This document shows, piece by piece, positions 21,977-33,024 of a stretch of 64,000 nt of DNA (within the stretch, counting starts at the first letter, position 1; each line of letters begins with the position of its first letter). This stretch comes from Candidatus Poriferihabitaceae bacterium (GTDB taxonomy: Bacteria; Pseudomonadota; Gammaproteobacteria; Arenicellales; Poriferihabitantaceae), in assembly GCA_965221795.1 (NCBI GenBank), contig OZ244914.1:303180-367179 (forward strand), in the 5' to 3' direction. A program made the translations under genes and the position numbers. The notes beneath the pieces were generated by a model, which saw only the letters and a program-made list of their open reading frames with translations, ran no database searches and was not told the origin of the DNA.

Positions 21977-23155
21977 ATGAACCTGAATAGAGTTGGCTTT
22001 GTCGGTTGGCGCGGGATGGTCGGCTCGGTCCTGCTGGAGCGAATGCGGCAGGAAAATGATTTCTCACGGATTCGGGAAGCGGAATTTTTTACCACTTCCC
22101 AACCCGGCCAAGCAGGGCCTGAAATTGGATGCGAAAGCGGCCCGCTGGTGGATGCTTTTGACCTGGATGCACTGCAGGCATGTGATGCAATCGTAACCTG
22201 TCAGGGAGGGGATTACACAGCCGATGTTCATCCTCGTTTGCGCACCAATGGATGGAATGGATACTGGATTGATGCGGCATCTACCCTGCGCATGAATGAA
22301 GATGCCGTCATCGTTCTGGACCCTGTCAACCGGTCCATGATCCAGTCCAGGATACAACAGGGAGCGAAGGATTTTATCGGTGGGAACTGTACTGTCAGCC
22401 TGATGATGATGGCAATCAATGGACTGTTACAGGCTAATCTCATAGACTGGATTTCAGTCGCCACCTACCAGGCCATTTCTGGTGCCGGTGCCCAGCAAAT
22501 GCGGGAATTCATCCAACAGATGGGAGCGGTATACCAAGCGGTTCAATCCCCACTGCATCATACGGACAGCAATATCCTGGAAATTGACCAGCAAGTGCTT
22601 GCGGCCATGCATGCCGCCGATTTCCCGACTCAGGTCATCGGGTATCCTCTGACCGGGAACCTGCTCCCCTGGATTGACGCGGACCTGGATTCCGGCATCA
22701 GCCGAGAGGAATGGAAAGGTTCAGTGGAAACCAACAAGATCCTGGGGCGCACCGATCACCCCATCCCAATCGAAAGCACATGCGTCCGTATCGGCACCAT
22801 GCGCTGTCACAGCCAGGCACTCACCCTGAAGCTGAACCGCGACTTGCCACTGAAGGACATCGAGTCGATATTGGAAGATGCGCATGAATGGATCCATGTG
22901 ATACCCAATCACCGGGACGCATCACTCCATGACCTGACGCCGGCGAACGTAACCGGAACCCTCAAGATCCCGGTTGGCCGCCTCCGCAAGCTTTCCATGG
23001 GACCGAAATACATCTCCCTGTTCACGTTGGGTGACCAGTTGCTCTGGGGAGCTGCGGAACCACTCCGGCGCATGTTGGTCATGCTGATGGACCAGGAAAA
23101 CCAGGGAACTGCCCCACCCTTTTCGTTCGTATCCGACCAAGGAGCGGCAGCCTGA
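21977..23155 (+). CDS. asd: aspartate-semialdehyde dehydrogenase
   Basis: 392 aa with N-terminal VGFVGWRGMVGSVL and the active-site region GGNCTVSLMMMA. Confidence 0.9.
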   Translation: MNLNRVGFVGWRGMVGSVLLERMRQENDFSRIREAEFFTTSQPGQAGPEIGCESGPLVDAFDLDALQACDAIVTCQGGDYTADVHPRLRTNGWNGYWIDAASTLRMNEDAVIVLDPVNRSMIQSRIQQGAKDFIGGNCTVSLMMMAINGLLQANLIDWISVATYQAISGAGAQQMREFIQQMGAVYQAVQSPLHHTDSNILEIDQQVLAAMHAADFPTQVIGYPLTGNLLPWIDADLDSGISREEWKGSVETNKILGRTDHPIPIESTCVRIGTMRCHSQALTLKLNRDLPLKDIESILEDAHEWIHVIPNHRDASLHDLTPANVTGTLKIPVGRLRKLSMGPKYISLFTLGDQLLWGAAEPLRRMLVMLMDQENQGTAPPFSFVSDQGAAA

Positions 23156-23535
23156 GAGTTTTCTAGCCCATCCTGCCATGGGACTGGCATAAGTCCAGTT
23201 CTTGTACCTTCCACATGCATTCGTAATCTCGTTGTCCTTTATGGTCTTCAGACTGCATGCCAGTCCAGGGCATGCTGACACTACGTAGTCGACCTTGGAA
23301 AACTCCAAGAAGGGCAACGGGTTGGCTGCCCAAATTGGATCGGATCACGCCGCCTGTTTCTCTGGCGGCGGTAGCAGGAGTTTCTGGTGTGCCGGGGGAT
23401 ACCCTAAAAGCAGGGATCGGCGGTCGAGGTTAGGAGAAGGTTCATTGCGGTGATGGCCGGGATGGCAGGTCCCGGAACGAAATTTGCTTTCACAATATGC
23501 CCGATTCATTGTTGCAGGGCATGTCGAGTAAGTCG

Positions 23536-25119
23536 TCAAAATTTTTCAGTCCGAATCTCCAGAAGATTCCGTTGTGTTTGGTCAAACACCATGCTGATCA
23601 GGTGGATTGGTTCGCCACGACCCTGATACTTCTTTGCATAGCTCTTCTCCCGAATCTGGGTAATTGCACTGTCGAGAATTTCTTCAACCGTCGAGTTTTT
23701 CTCCAGCATCTTGAATTCAAGGACGAAAATCTGACCTTCATGCAGCAGCACCATGTCTGACCGACCATGGCTTGTACTTTCCTCTGCCCGGAGATCAACC
23801 TCCATGGTTTTAAAACACGTATACACCAGACTCGCATACCAGGACTCGTAATAACCAAGATCACCGCTTTGATACCAGAAATAAGGAATGCTGGAGAAAA
23901 GTCTCTGAATCTGCTCTTTCAATGCCGGAAAGTTGTTTTCGCCCAGATACTGAACCAGTTTCCTACCCGTATATTCAGCCATCCGGCCGTTCCCCGTCAG
24001 ATGCTGGATAAATCCTTTATTGAACCGTTTCTGAATTTCGAGATTCGGATAGTCCAGTTGGTATACCGTTTGATCCTCATCTTCCATCTCCCGGGCAATC
24101 GTCAAATATCCAGACTGAAACAAAAGGGCATCAATGCTGAAAGAATCCAACTCGAAATTCGCAATATCTTCCTCATCCACTTCGCGGTTTTCCAGTTGCA
24201 TGGAACTGATCTTTCTCTCCAGTAACAACCGATACAGGTAGCCAGGCTGTCCAGACCTGAACCAGTGAGCCTGAAACTGACGTTTTTTAAAAAGATGAAG
24301 AATGTCGTGTGGATTGTAGAGTTTCTCCTCACCGAGCCAGTGGTAGCCGTTATACCAAGCTCGGATCCTGTCCCGGTCCAGTCCTTCAAGCTCCGGAGCG
24401 AACACTGTCTCCAAATCATGACCCGTGTATCCGCAAATCGATGCCATGGGAGGGTAAAGGCTGATATCGTCGAGATTGTTCAGACCCGAAGAAAAACTGG
24501 TTTTGGAAAACATCGTGATGCCGGTGACGAAGACAAAGCGGATATGTTTTTCGGCATCCTTCAGAATACTATACAGATTGCGTAATTTATCCCTGTTTGT
24601 CCGGGCTTGCTCGCGGTTCTCCAGCACATTCAGGACAGGACGGTCATATTCATCAATCAGTACTACTATCTGATGACCCGTCGCCTGGTGGAGACGAATC
24701 AGGATACTCCTGAGCCGCTCGGGAGCAGATGTTACCGGGGGCAAAGATTTCAGCTCAAACGCCAACTCGATTTCGTATAACTGGTTAAGAACCGTATTTT
24801 GTATCTCATCAGGCGTATCAATGTCCCCACCGAAACTCAAGCGGACTACGGGATATTTGACCGACCAGTCCCAATGAGGGTGAATATGCAGACCCCGAAA
24901 CAGGGACTCGTTTCCTTCAAATAACTCCTGCAAGGTATCGACCAGAAGGCTCTTGCCAAAACGGCGGGGGCGTGAGAGAAAGTAGTGTCGCCCGCTACGA
25001 ATGAGCTCTCGAATCAGCGGTGTCTTGTCGACATAGTAACAACCCTCTTCGCGGAGGATGGAAAATGTCTGAATCCCCATTGGCAGGGGACGCCGCTCTG
25101 TCCGGGTTTCTGTATTCAT
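23536..25119 (-). CDS. AAA-ATPase-like (PF09820-type) protein with C-terminal PD-(D/E)XK (PDDEXK_9-type) domain
   Basis: The N-terminus FSILREEGCYYVDKTPLIRELI...YFLSRPRRFGKSLLVDTL is characteristic of this family. The C-terminus (GRSDMVLLHEGQIFVLEFK) is a PD-(D/E)XK-like core. The start is taken at MNTETR (25119). Confidence 0.7.
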   Translation of the reverse strand: MNTETRTERRPLPMGIQTFSILREEGCYYVDKTPLIRELIRSGRHYFLSRPRRFGKSLLVDTLQELFEGNESLFRGLHIHPHWDWSVKYPVVRLSFGGDIDTPDEIQNTVLNQLYEIELAFELKSLPPVTSAPERLRSILIRLHQATGHQIVVLIDEYDRPVLNVLENREQARTNRDKLRNLYSILKDAEKHIRFVFVTGITMFSKTSFSSGLNNLDDISLYPPMASICGYTGHDLETVFAPELEGLDRDRIRAWYNGYHWLGEEKLYNPHDILHLFKKRQFQAHWFRSGQPGYLYRLLLERKISSMQLENREVDEEDIANFELDSFSIDALLFQSGYLTIAREMEDEDQTVYQLDYPNLEIQKRFNKGFIQHLTGNGRMAEYTGRKLVQYLGENNFPALKEQIQRLFSSIPYFWYQSGDLGYYESWYASLVYTCFKTMEVDLRAEESTSHGRSDMVLLHEGQIFVLEFKMLEKNSTVEEILDSAITQIREKSYAKKYQGRGEPIHLISMVFDQTQRNLLEIRTEKF

Positions 25120-25269
25120 GATCCAGCTATCATAGCATGATGATATGGTTGCATATTCAGCCTCCGCATGACTATGCAGGAGCAGAAATCGCAATCGCCT
25201 GCTTTACGGGCACGCGAATTGAATTCGACTTGTTGCTCGACATTGTCGTCAACAGGAATGCGTTCATAT

Positions 25270-25430
25270 GGCTCTCTGTATCGCATTGATGAGCCAGAGA
25301 TTCATCTGAACACAAAAGTACAAAGGACACTTCTGAGAGAGCTATTTCGGCTCATTCCGGAGAACTCGCAACTCTGGCTTGCGACCCATTCCATAGGGAT
25401 GGTGCGTGCAGCCCAGGAGATACTTACAGA
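25270..25430 (+). pseudogene. C-terminal remnant of an ABC/OLD-type AAA ATPase
   Basis: Only the Walker B and H-loop part is present (YRIDEPEIHLN...QLWLATHSIGMVRAAQEI). There is no Walker A upstream, and the 3' side runs into the high-GC insertion. Confidence 0.4.
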
Positions 25431-25660
25431 ACCCCCTGGCGTGTCAGGAATACGCAAAAGTCGGAACATGGTGGAGTGTTCCTGGTTCTGTCAGGCCATT
25501 CGGGACCGGTTCGGAGTGGAGCCGGCTGCCGGAGGGGTCGGTCAGGCGGGACTTCCCGGCTCCACCCGCCGGGATTCATCCGCTCGCGGGCGCGGCGACA
25601 CCTGGCGGGCGCACCGGGCCGGTCCCCGGCCGGAGACGAGGTGGCCGGGGCGGTCGTGGA

Positions 25661-27447
25661 TCAGCGCGGCGGGAGCAGCGGGTGGAGGATGGCGTCGCCG
25701 GCGGCTTGGGGTTCGCGGGCGTAGTCGCGGTTCGCGGGCGGGAGGTATGGGAACTGGCCTGGGTGCCGGAAGATGGCGATCGCCAGGTGGGTGATCGCGG
25801 AGAGGTTGCGGGGCGTGTGCCCGGTCCGGACCCGACACCGATCCTCATCGTCGGTGAAGTCCTGGGCGGAATGCTGCCGGTTTTCCATGCTCCCGTGGTT
25901 GCGGACCAGGGCATTGAGGTCCCCGGCATCGGCCCGCTCCGCCGCCAGCGAAGTCAAGCCGTCGGCGCATTCCGCGGTGCGCTCCCCGATCCGGGTGTTG
26001 GTGCGCAGGTGCTGGATCCGGAAGGCCTGCCGACAGCCGGGAGACGGCAGCATCCGTCCCACTGCGGGCCGCTGACGTCGACCACGGTACCGTGCCGGGA
26101 CACTCGATCCGCCCATGCCCCTGGTCCAAGGTCTGGTGGACGTTTGCCGACGCTTCCCAGTCGATCGTCCGGAGGTCCTCCCGCAGGGTTTCCTGATGAT
26201 CCTGGACCGCGGTCATCCCATAGTCCGCCCCGCATGGCCCAGTCAGCAGCCGGGCCGTTTCGGTCTGGGTATGCAGGGTATGCAGGGGGACGATCCGGCC
26301 CCGCAGGTCGAGTTCCCCGAGCAGGGTCCGCACGGCCGTGATCTCGTGGGTGCCGTTCGCAACTCCCGTCTGCCCCGGGGCGATGCCGGTGCCATGCTCG
26401 AAGGTCGAGACCAGGATGAACCGGCGTTCTGCATTCTGCCGCGCGGCACCGCGGATGGTCTTGTCGTCCCGCGCCACCGGGGCCTGCTGGCCCTGTTCCC
26501 GCTGCCACCCGCGTTCTCGGTCGAGTCAGGCGGCATCGCCGACCGGAAGTAACGGAATGTCGACTCGGTGGGCACGGTATAGCGTCTCTTGCTCGGACGG
26601 CAGAAGCAGCCAATGGCCCGGCGCTGCTCCTGGTTGAGGGCGGCGGCAAACTCCGCGATCGCCGTGACCCCGCGGTCTCCGGCCCGGTGCGCCGCCACAG
26701 CCATCGTCAGGTCGTCCGCGATGGCATACCGCCGGCCGCGCGGCTGGCGGACATCCTCGGCACCGGCCAGATGCTCGTACCGACTCGACCGCCGCCGGAC
26801 ACTCGGTGGTTCCTGCCGGACGGGCGGCCGGCAAGGTGCCGGTCGTGGTCCAGCGCTCAGGATGCGGCCGGCATCCGGGGACCGTTCGTACCCGAAACCC
26901 TCCTTTGGTTGACCATGATATGGCCAGTCGGGCACCCCGCCCCGCACCCTGAAAAACCCCGAGGTGGAGCCCAGGTGCCGCCCGTTCGCGGCCCGGTAGC
27001 AGGTTCCGGAAAGCCGGGCTCCGTCCACGAAGGTCTCGGCCCGCAGCACCGGATCGCCATGCCGGTTCTGCAACTCCTGCGAGAGACGGCGCAGGCTCCG
27101 GCCCCGCACCGCGAGGCCCGGTTCGGCCGCAGCGCGGATGCGAGCACCAGGAGCCGGGCATGGTTGGCGATCCGATACAAGCGCTGCTGCCGCTGCGCAT
27201 CGGTCCAGCCGATCCAGCGGTCCCGGACGCCCACCCGGAACGCCCCCGCCGACCAGCCGATCCGCGCCAGCCACGACTCGCCGCAGACCGCGACATGGCG
27301 CAGGGCGCGATCGTAGAAGCACCGGAACGAGAGATCGTGCTGCGCCGCCATCAGCCGGTCCCAGCGCCGTTGCTCGTGCGTGTCGCGAACCGGCCGTACC
27401 CGAACCTCACTCAGATTCCAGTGATCCTCTTTCATGGCCGCGATCAT
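25661..27447 (-). mobile_element. high-GC DUF4338-ISAs1-family transposase gene, frameshifted (degraded IS)
   Basis: Three overlapping minus-strand ORFs in different frames together span one protein. ORF 26857..27447 has the DUF4338-type N-terminus (RDRWIGWTDAQRQQRLYRIANHARLLVL). ORF 26243..27322 has ETFVDGARLSGTCYRAANG plus a DDE_Tnp_1_assoc-like IAEFAAAL segment. ORFs 25845..26477 and 25661..26116 carry the ISAs1 DDE core (THEITAVRTLLGELDL...HGRIE and LVRNHGSMENRQHSAQDFTDDEDRCRVRTGHTPRN). GC is visibly much higher than in the flanks. Confidence 0.65.
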
Positions 27448-27612
27448 AACCGGGGGGAATTTGCTTGCTCATACCCGAACGGGAAAAATCGACGAAAAAG
27501 GTGCCCGCCTCCCTCCAGTTCAACCATAACTGCGAAATACGGCTTTTGCGGTGTCCTGGCCCGCGACGCTCCAGGCTTGCAGTTCTGCGATGCCTGACGG
27601 TACAATCGCCGC

Positions 27613-28302
27613 ATGATGGAAGTGCTCCACTTTGACACTCACCGCTTTGTCAAGAACCTGACCGAAAGCGGCTTTACCGAACTTCAGGCCGAAGCCCTGG
27701 CTGAGGCCCAGATCACGTTTCTCAACGAAAACCTGGCCACCAAGGCCAGCATTGACACCCTGCGCCTGGAAACCCAGGCCGATATCGCTCGACTGGAAGC
27801 CAGTGTCGAATCCCTGCGCCTGGAAACCAAGGCCGATATTGCTCGAGTGGAAGCCAGTGTCGAATCCCTGCGCCTGGAAACCAAGGCCGATATTGCTCGA
27901 GTGGAGGCCAGTGTCGAATCCCTGCGCCTGGAAACCAAGGCCGATATCGTTCGACTTGAGGGCGGCATTGAAACCCTGAGCCAGGAAACCAAGGCCGATA
28001 TCGCTCGAGTGGAAGCCAGTGTCGAATCCCTGCGCCAGGAAACCCAGGCCGATATCGCTCGAGTGGAGGCCAGTGTCGAATCCCTGCGCCAGGAAACCAA
28101 GGCCGATATCGCTCGAGTGGAGGCCAGTGTCGAATCCCTGCGCCAAGAAACCAAGGCCAGCATTGACACCCTGCGTCAGGAAACCCAGGCCAGTATTCTG
28201 TCGGCCAAGTACAGCCTCATGAAATGGATGACCGGAACGATGTTCGCCATGACCGGGCTGTTTGCCGCGATCGTCAAGCTGCTCCCTGGCATCGCTTCGT
28301 GA
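27613..28302 (+). CDS. DUF1640-like coiled-coil membrane-anchored protein with expanded internal repeats
   Basis: The N-terminus FDTHRFVKNLTESGFTELQAEALAEA is DUF1640-like. It is followed by repeated 18-aa units and a C-terminal TM segment (WMTGTMFAMTGLFAAIV). Confidence 0.6.
   Translation: MMEVLHFDTHRFVKNLTESGFTELQAEALAEAQITFLNENLATKASIDTLRLETQADIARLEASVESLRLETKADIARVEASVESLRLETKADIARVEASVESLRLETKADIVRLEGGIETLSQETKADIARVEASVESLRQETQADIARVEASVESLRQETKADIARVEASVESLRQETKASIDTLRQETQASILSAKYSLMKWMTGTMFAMTGLFAAIVKLLPGIAS
27751..28191 (+). repeat. tandem repeat, 54-bp period, about 8 copies, in frame within the DUF1640-like gene
   Basis: The unit gaaaccaaggccgatattgctcgagtggaagccagtgtcgaatccctgcgcctg (ETKADIARVEASVESLRL) recurs head-to-tail with few substitutions. 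Confidence 0.9.
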
Positions 28303-28587
28303 GCGTCATGTACATCGATTTCCTTCCCGGTGTCGAACCATGTTCTTGCATATGAGGTTCATCGCAGCTCCCCGCACGGACCAACCTCTACTGTCTGTGC
28401 CCACTCACTTCCCTGGGCGGTCGAAATGATGCTTGCCCAGACACGGGAAGGAATCAGCAATGAGTGCGGTCGACAGCAGGCCAATGGGTTGGGCAGTCTG
28501 TGCCCGGATGCGGGATGCCACAGCTCCATCCCCGGAGTAAAGTGAATTGGCGCACGTAGCCCGTGCATATCTTGAGAGACCGCTACC

Positions 28588-28809
28588 ATGCTCGGAACCC
28601 GGCTCACCAGCGAAAATATCGCCGCGCATATCCAAGAGGCGGGAGAGACCTGTCTCCTCATCGCGCCCGGGGTGGACGCGACCGTGGCCAAGGCGCTTCT
28701 GGAGCGTGCGCAACGCACGGCGAATAAGGCCAGGATCGTCATCGACGGCACGCACCACGCTGAGCGCAGCGGTTACGGCGAGACGGATACTTGGCGTGAG
28801 CTGATGTAA
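28588..28809 (+). CDS. hypothetical protein (possible fragment; a second short ORF at 28829 follows and runs into the CRISPR array)
   Basis: 73-aa ORF. No family recognised with confidence. Confidence 0.25.
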   Translation: MLGTRLTSENIAAHIQEAGETCLLIAPGVDATVAKALLERAQRTANKARIVIDGTHHAERSGYGETDTWRELM

Positions 28810-29025
28810 GGAGACGGAGCTCAGGAAGATGCCCTGCACCCGGCTTGGCCTGCTGGTGACCGATCGCGGTGCCTGGCTCTTTGCACCGCGTGCAGGTAAG
28901 CTTGATCCTCGTGGCGAGGCGGGGCTGAGTGCGGTAGAGCTTATGACGCACCGTGAGGCCGCTCTTGCTCTCTCCGAACGCATCTTGGGACAGCGTAAAC
29001 AACCTTTCCCTGCCTTGGTATTTCG

Positions 29026-32000
29026 GCTGCGGATTGCGGCCGTTTCTCGATTTGCTACACTCCCAAGTAAATTGACCGAACAACCCGCCTTGCTGCGGAT
29101 TGCGGCCGTTTCTCGATTTGCTACACTAGCACGATTACCGGCCTGCAATTGAGCTTGGCTGCGGATTGCGGCCGTTTCTCGATTTGCTACACTGCCGGAT
29201 CGATCGCACAGATTGATCATGGCGCTGCGGATTGCGGCCGTTTCTCGATTTGCTACACTTATGATACTCACCTAAATCGTCGCTAGGACGCTGCGGATTG
29301 CGGCCGTTTCTCGATTTGCTACACTCTGCGGGCAACGATAACCAGCGAAAGACGGGCTGCGGATTGCGGCCGTTTCTCGATTTGCTACACTCTTTGCCCG
29401 TGCCGATGCCGCCTTGATCCAGCTGCGGATTGCGGCCGTTTCTCGATTTGCTACACTGCGCTTGCGCAGGATACTCTTCGGAGCGGCGCTGCGGATTGCG
29501 GCCGTTTCTCGATTTGCTACACTTCCGAGCGATGCGCCAATTGAGACGCAAATGCTGCGGATTGCGGCCGTTTCTCGATTTGCTACACTTTGCCGCTTAG
29601 ACTGCCGGTACGCAATATCGCTGCGGATTGCGGCCGTTTCTCGATTTGCTACACTGTGGATACGTATTCGTTCTACGTCCCCATGGCTGCGGATTGCGGC
29701 CGTTTCTCGATTTGCTACACTGATACGCTGCATGATGTCATGTTCGCGACCGCTGCGGATTGCGGCCGTTTCTCGATTTGCTACACTTTTCTGCACCAGT
29801 TTGATCCTCGGAGCAGAGCTGCGGATTGCGGCCGTTTCTCGATTTGCTACACTCTCTCGCCAAGAGTCGCTACAATGGTCCACGCTGCGGATTGCGGCCG
29901 TTTCTCGATTTGCTACACTCGACCTCTGAAAGTTGACGCCTAGAAGTCGGCTGCGGATTGCGGCCGTTTCTCGATTTGCTACACTGCACAGAACTAGGTG
30001 GAATTGTGTCGACGAGCTGCGGATTGCGGCCGTTTCTCGATTTGCTACACTCTTCGGTTACATCACCTGATAACCCTCCTCGCTGCGGATTGCGGCCGTT
30101 TCTCGATTTGCTACACTCCCATTGATTGCGCTAGTCAGTTCAGAGGCGCTGCGGATTGCGGCCGTTTCTCGATTTGCTACACTGCGATCTAGGATGTCCT
30201 TAGTTATATACTTGCTGCGGATTGCGGCCGTTTCTCGATTTGCTACACTCGGTTTTACCGCGAATATGGCCGCTATCCCGCTGCGGATTGCGGCCGTTTC
30301 TCGATTTGCTACACTCGGTTTTACCGCGAATATGGCCGCTATCCCGCTGCGGATTGCGGCCGTTTCTCGATTTGCTACACTAAACTGGACAAAAAGCAAC
30401 CTCCGAAATCCGCTGCGGATTGCGGCCGTTTCTCGATTTGCTACACTCACGAACTGGAGACTGCGATTCGGGAGTCCGCTGCGGATTGCGGCCGTTTCTC
30501 GATTTGCTACACTTCTGGTTCTAACGAGGTCGATCAGGTCCCCGCTGCGGATTGCGGCCGTTTCTCGATTTGCTACACTTTCTTGCACCTCGATATATTT
30601 TGCTTCGCCGCTGCGGATTGCGGCCGTTTCTCGATTTGCTACACTAGATAATGACCTTATTACTTCACAGCTCAAGCTGCGGATTGCGGCCGTTTCTCGA
30701 TTTGCTACACTCGGCTTGCTCACGATTGGATAAAGACTCGTGCTGCGGATTGCGGCCGTTTCTCGATTTGCTACACTATGGGCTGCCGCTGTTGAGTACA
30801 TCCTGAAGCTGCGGATTGCGGCCGTTTCTCGATTTGCTACACTAATGTGCATGCCTCCACCGTACATGTGGATGCTGCGGATTGCGGCCGTTTCTCGATT
30901 TGCTACACTTCAGGCAAAAGCGAATCTCCAGCAGCGCATGCTGCGGATTGCGGCCGTTTCTCGATTTGCTACACTCTTACTGCGATTGAGTTGAGTTCGA
31001 GGAATGCTGCGGATTGCGGCCGTTTCTCGATTTGCTACACTCAACTCGGACAGGGTCAGATGGTCCTGACTGCTGCGGATTGCGGCCGTTTCTCGATTTG
31101 CTACACTAGTTCTGTGGCGCCAACCGAAAGGGAGATAGCTGCGGATTGCGGCCGTTTCTCGATTTGCTACACTTCTCGTCGGACACGACATGAGGAGGGT
31201 AACGCTGCGGATTGCGGCCGTTTCTCGATTTGCTACACTTTAGGCAGCACGACGCCAATCAAAGCAGACGCTGCGGATTGCGGCCGTTTCTCGATTTGCT
31301 ACACTGTCCGTACCAGTGTAGTCAATTCCTTCTTCGCTGCGGATTGCGGCCGTTTCTCGATTTGCTACACTTGAGGATTCTCATGTTATCGCTGTTCAAT
31401 AGCTGCGGATTGCGGCCGTTTCTCGATTTGCTACACTGAATACTAGAATACATCGCATCATAGTCGGGCTGCGGATTGCGGCCGTTTCTCGATTTGCTAC
31501 ACTACTACACCTTGAGGCTTGACCCTCGCGTCGGCTGCGGATTGCGGCCGTTTCTCGATTTGCTACACTTATCAACTGGTCTCCCTCACCACTCTTTCCG
31601 CTGCGGATTGCGGCCGTTTCTCGATTTGCTACACTGTGTGACGTGCGGAGATAAAGCCGACTGCAGCTGCGGATTGCGGCCGTTTCTCGATTTGCTACAC
31701 TAGCTCGGGCGGTGGGCATCGAGGGGCGACCGCTGCGGATTGCGGCCGTTTCTCGATTTGCTACACTATGAGTGTAAAGCTCGACAATTTCAGACATGCT
31801 GCGGATTGCGGCCGTTTCTCGATTTGCTACACTGTTAAGTAGCTCCGTCAAAGCGCCTTCGGCGCTGCGGATTGCGGCCGTTTCTCGATTTGCTACACTA
31901 TATGAGTATATATATATATATGAGTCCGAGCTGCGGATTGCGGCCGTTTCTCGATTTGCTACACTTTGCAGAACAGGAAGGTCTGCGGTTGGACTGCTGC

Positions 32001-32624
32001 GGATTGCGGCCGTTTCTCGATTTGCTACACTCTCGCGAAGCATGGGGATCCAACGTTCGAAGCTGCGGATTGCGGCCGTTTCTCGATTTGCTACACTTTT
32101 CGCCTCCTGTAGCGTCTTTATATCCTCGCTGCGGATTGCGGCCGTTTCTCGATTTGCTACACTGTGCTCCAGATTTGCCATGCTCCAAGACAGGCTGCGG
32201 ATTGCGGCCGTTTCTCGATTTGCTACACTCCCCCCTTAACGGAGCCCCGGACTCCCCGGGCTGCGGATTGCGGCCGTTTCTCGATTTGCTACACTAATGG
32301 GTTGACCGCGAAAGTCGACGTTGAAGCTGCGGATTGCGGCCGTTTCTCGATTTGCTACACTTTCCATCTGCTGCTTTCTTTCGATTGTCCTGCTGCGGAT
32401 TGCGGCCGTTTCTCGATTTGCTACACTGGACAAGGCGCAAGGACTTATTAGTGTCCAGCTGCGGATTGCGGCCGTTTCTCGATTTGCTACACTCTCCTGC
32501 ACTTCAATGTATTTCGCCTCTCCGCTGCGGATTGCGGCCGTTTCTCGATTTGCTACACTTTAAGTAGCTCCGTGAGAGCACCTTCCGCGCTGCGGATTGC
32601 GGCCGTTTCTCGATTTGCTACACT
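29026..32624 (+). CRISPR. CRISPR array, part 1: 55 copies of 36-bp repeat GCTGCGGATTGCGGCCGTTTCTCGATTTGCTACACT with 30-nt spacers (one of 29 nt)
   Basis: The period is 66 bp from 29026, and all inspected repeats are identical. The last repeat is 32589-32624. The + strand is the predicted crRNA sense (see the tracrRNA and promoter findings). Confidence 0.97.
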
Positions 32625-32671
32625 AAATAACAAAAGGGAATTATATCGAATAGTAACATTGGCCCTTTGAT

Positions 32672-32839
32672 CTAGGGCTTTTTGGACTTCTGAAAAAAGG
32701 CCCGTTGCAGCGTAGCCAGGTCCGCTCCGGGCATCTCATATTCCCGTTCCAGTTCCGCTTTGCTGGGCTGGTAGTGGACGTCAAAGGGATCAGGTGTGGG
32801 TCGGGTCTTTCTGTGTGATGTATTGGACCTTGTTTTCAT
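32672..32839 (-). CDS. small hypothetical protein (about 55 aa) inside the IS
   Basis: ORF 32672..32896. The internal ATG (MKTRSNTSH) is preceded by GAGGA. No family recognised. Confidence 0.25.
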   Translation of the reverse strand: MKTRSNTSHRKTRPTPDPFDVHYQPSKAELEREYEMPGADLATLQRAFFQKSKKP

Positions 32840-33024
32840 AGCAGATCCTCGGAAAGTCGGGGAATTATCTGTAATAATAACCCAACCACACAACAATACA
32901 GCACATTCATGACAGGTACAACGAAATCTGCTAGTCTGAAGAGAGGCAGACCGCAGACCGCAATTTAAGTGTCGGCCCGAACTGGGCTAACCAGACCATC
33001 TGGACAGGGGACAATCTCCCCATC

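Noticed and set aside
23330-23380. The inverted repeat CGCCGCC-8 nt-GGCGGCG downstream of asd, considered as a terminator
   Set aside because: A perfect 7-bp GC stem is present, but neither strand has a following U-run. It is not confidently a rho-independent terminator.
25406-27597. Numerous Arg/Pro/Gly-rich ORFs on the + strand in the high-GC segment (e.g. 25406..26341, 26687..27316)
   Set aside because: High GC suppresses stop codons in all frames. Only the minus-strand frames show transposase and DUF4338 motifs.
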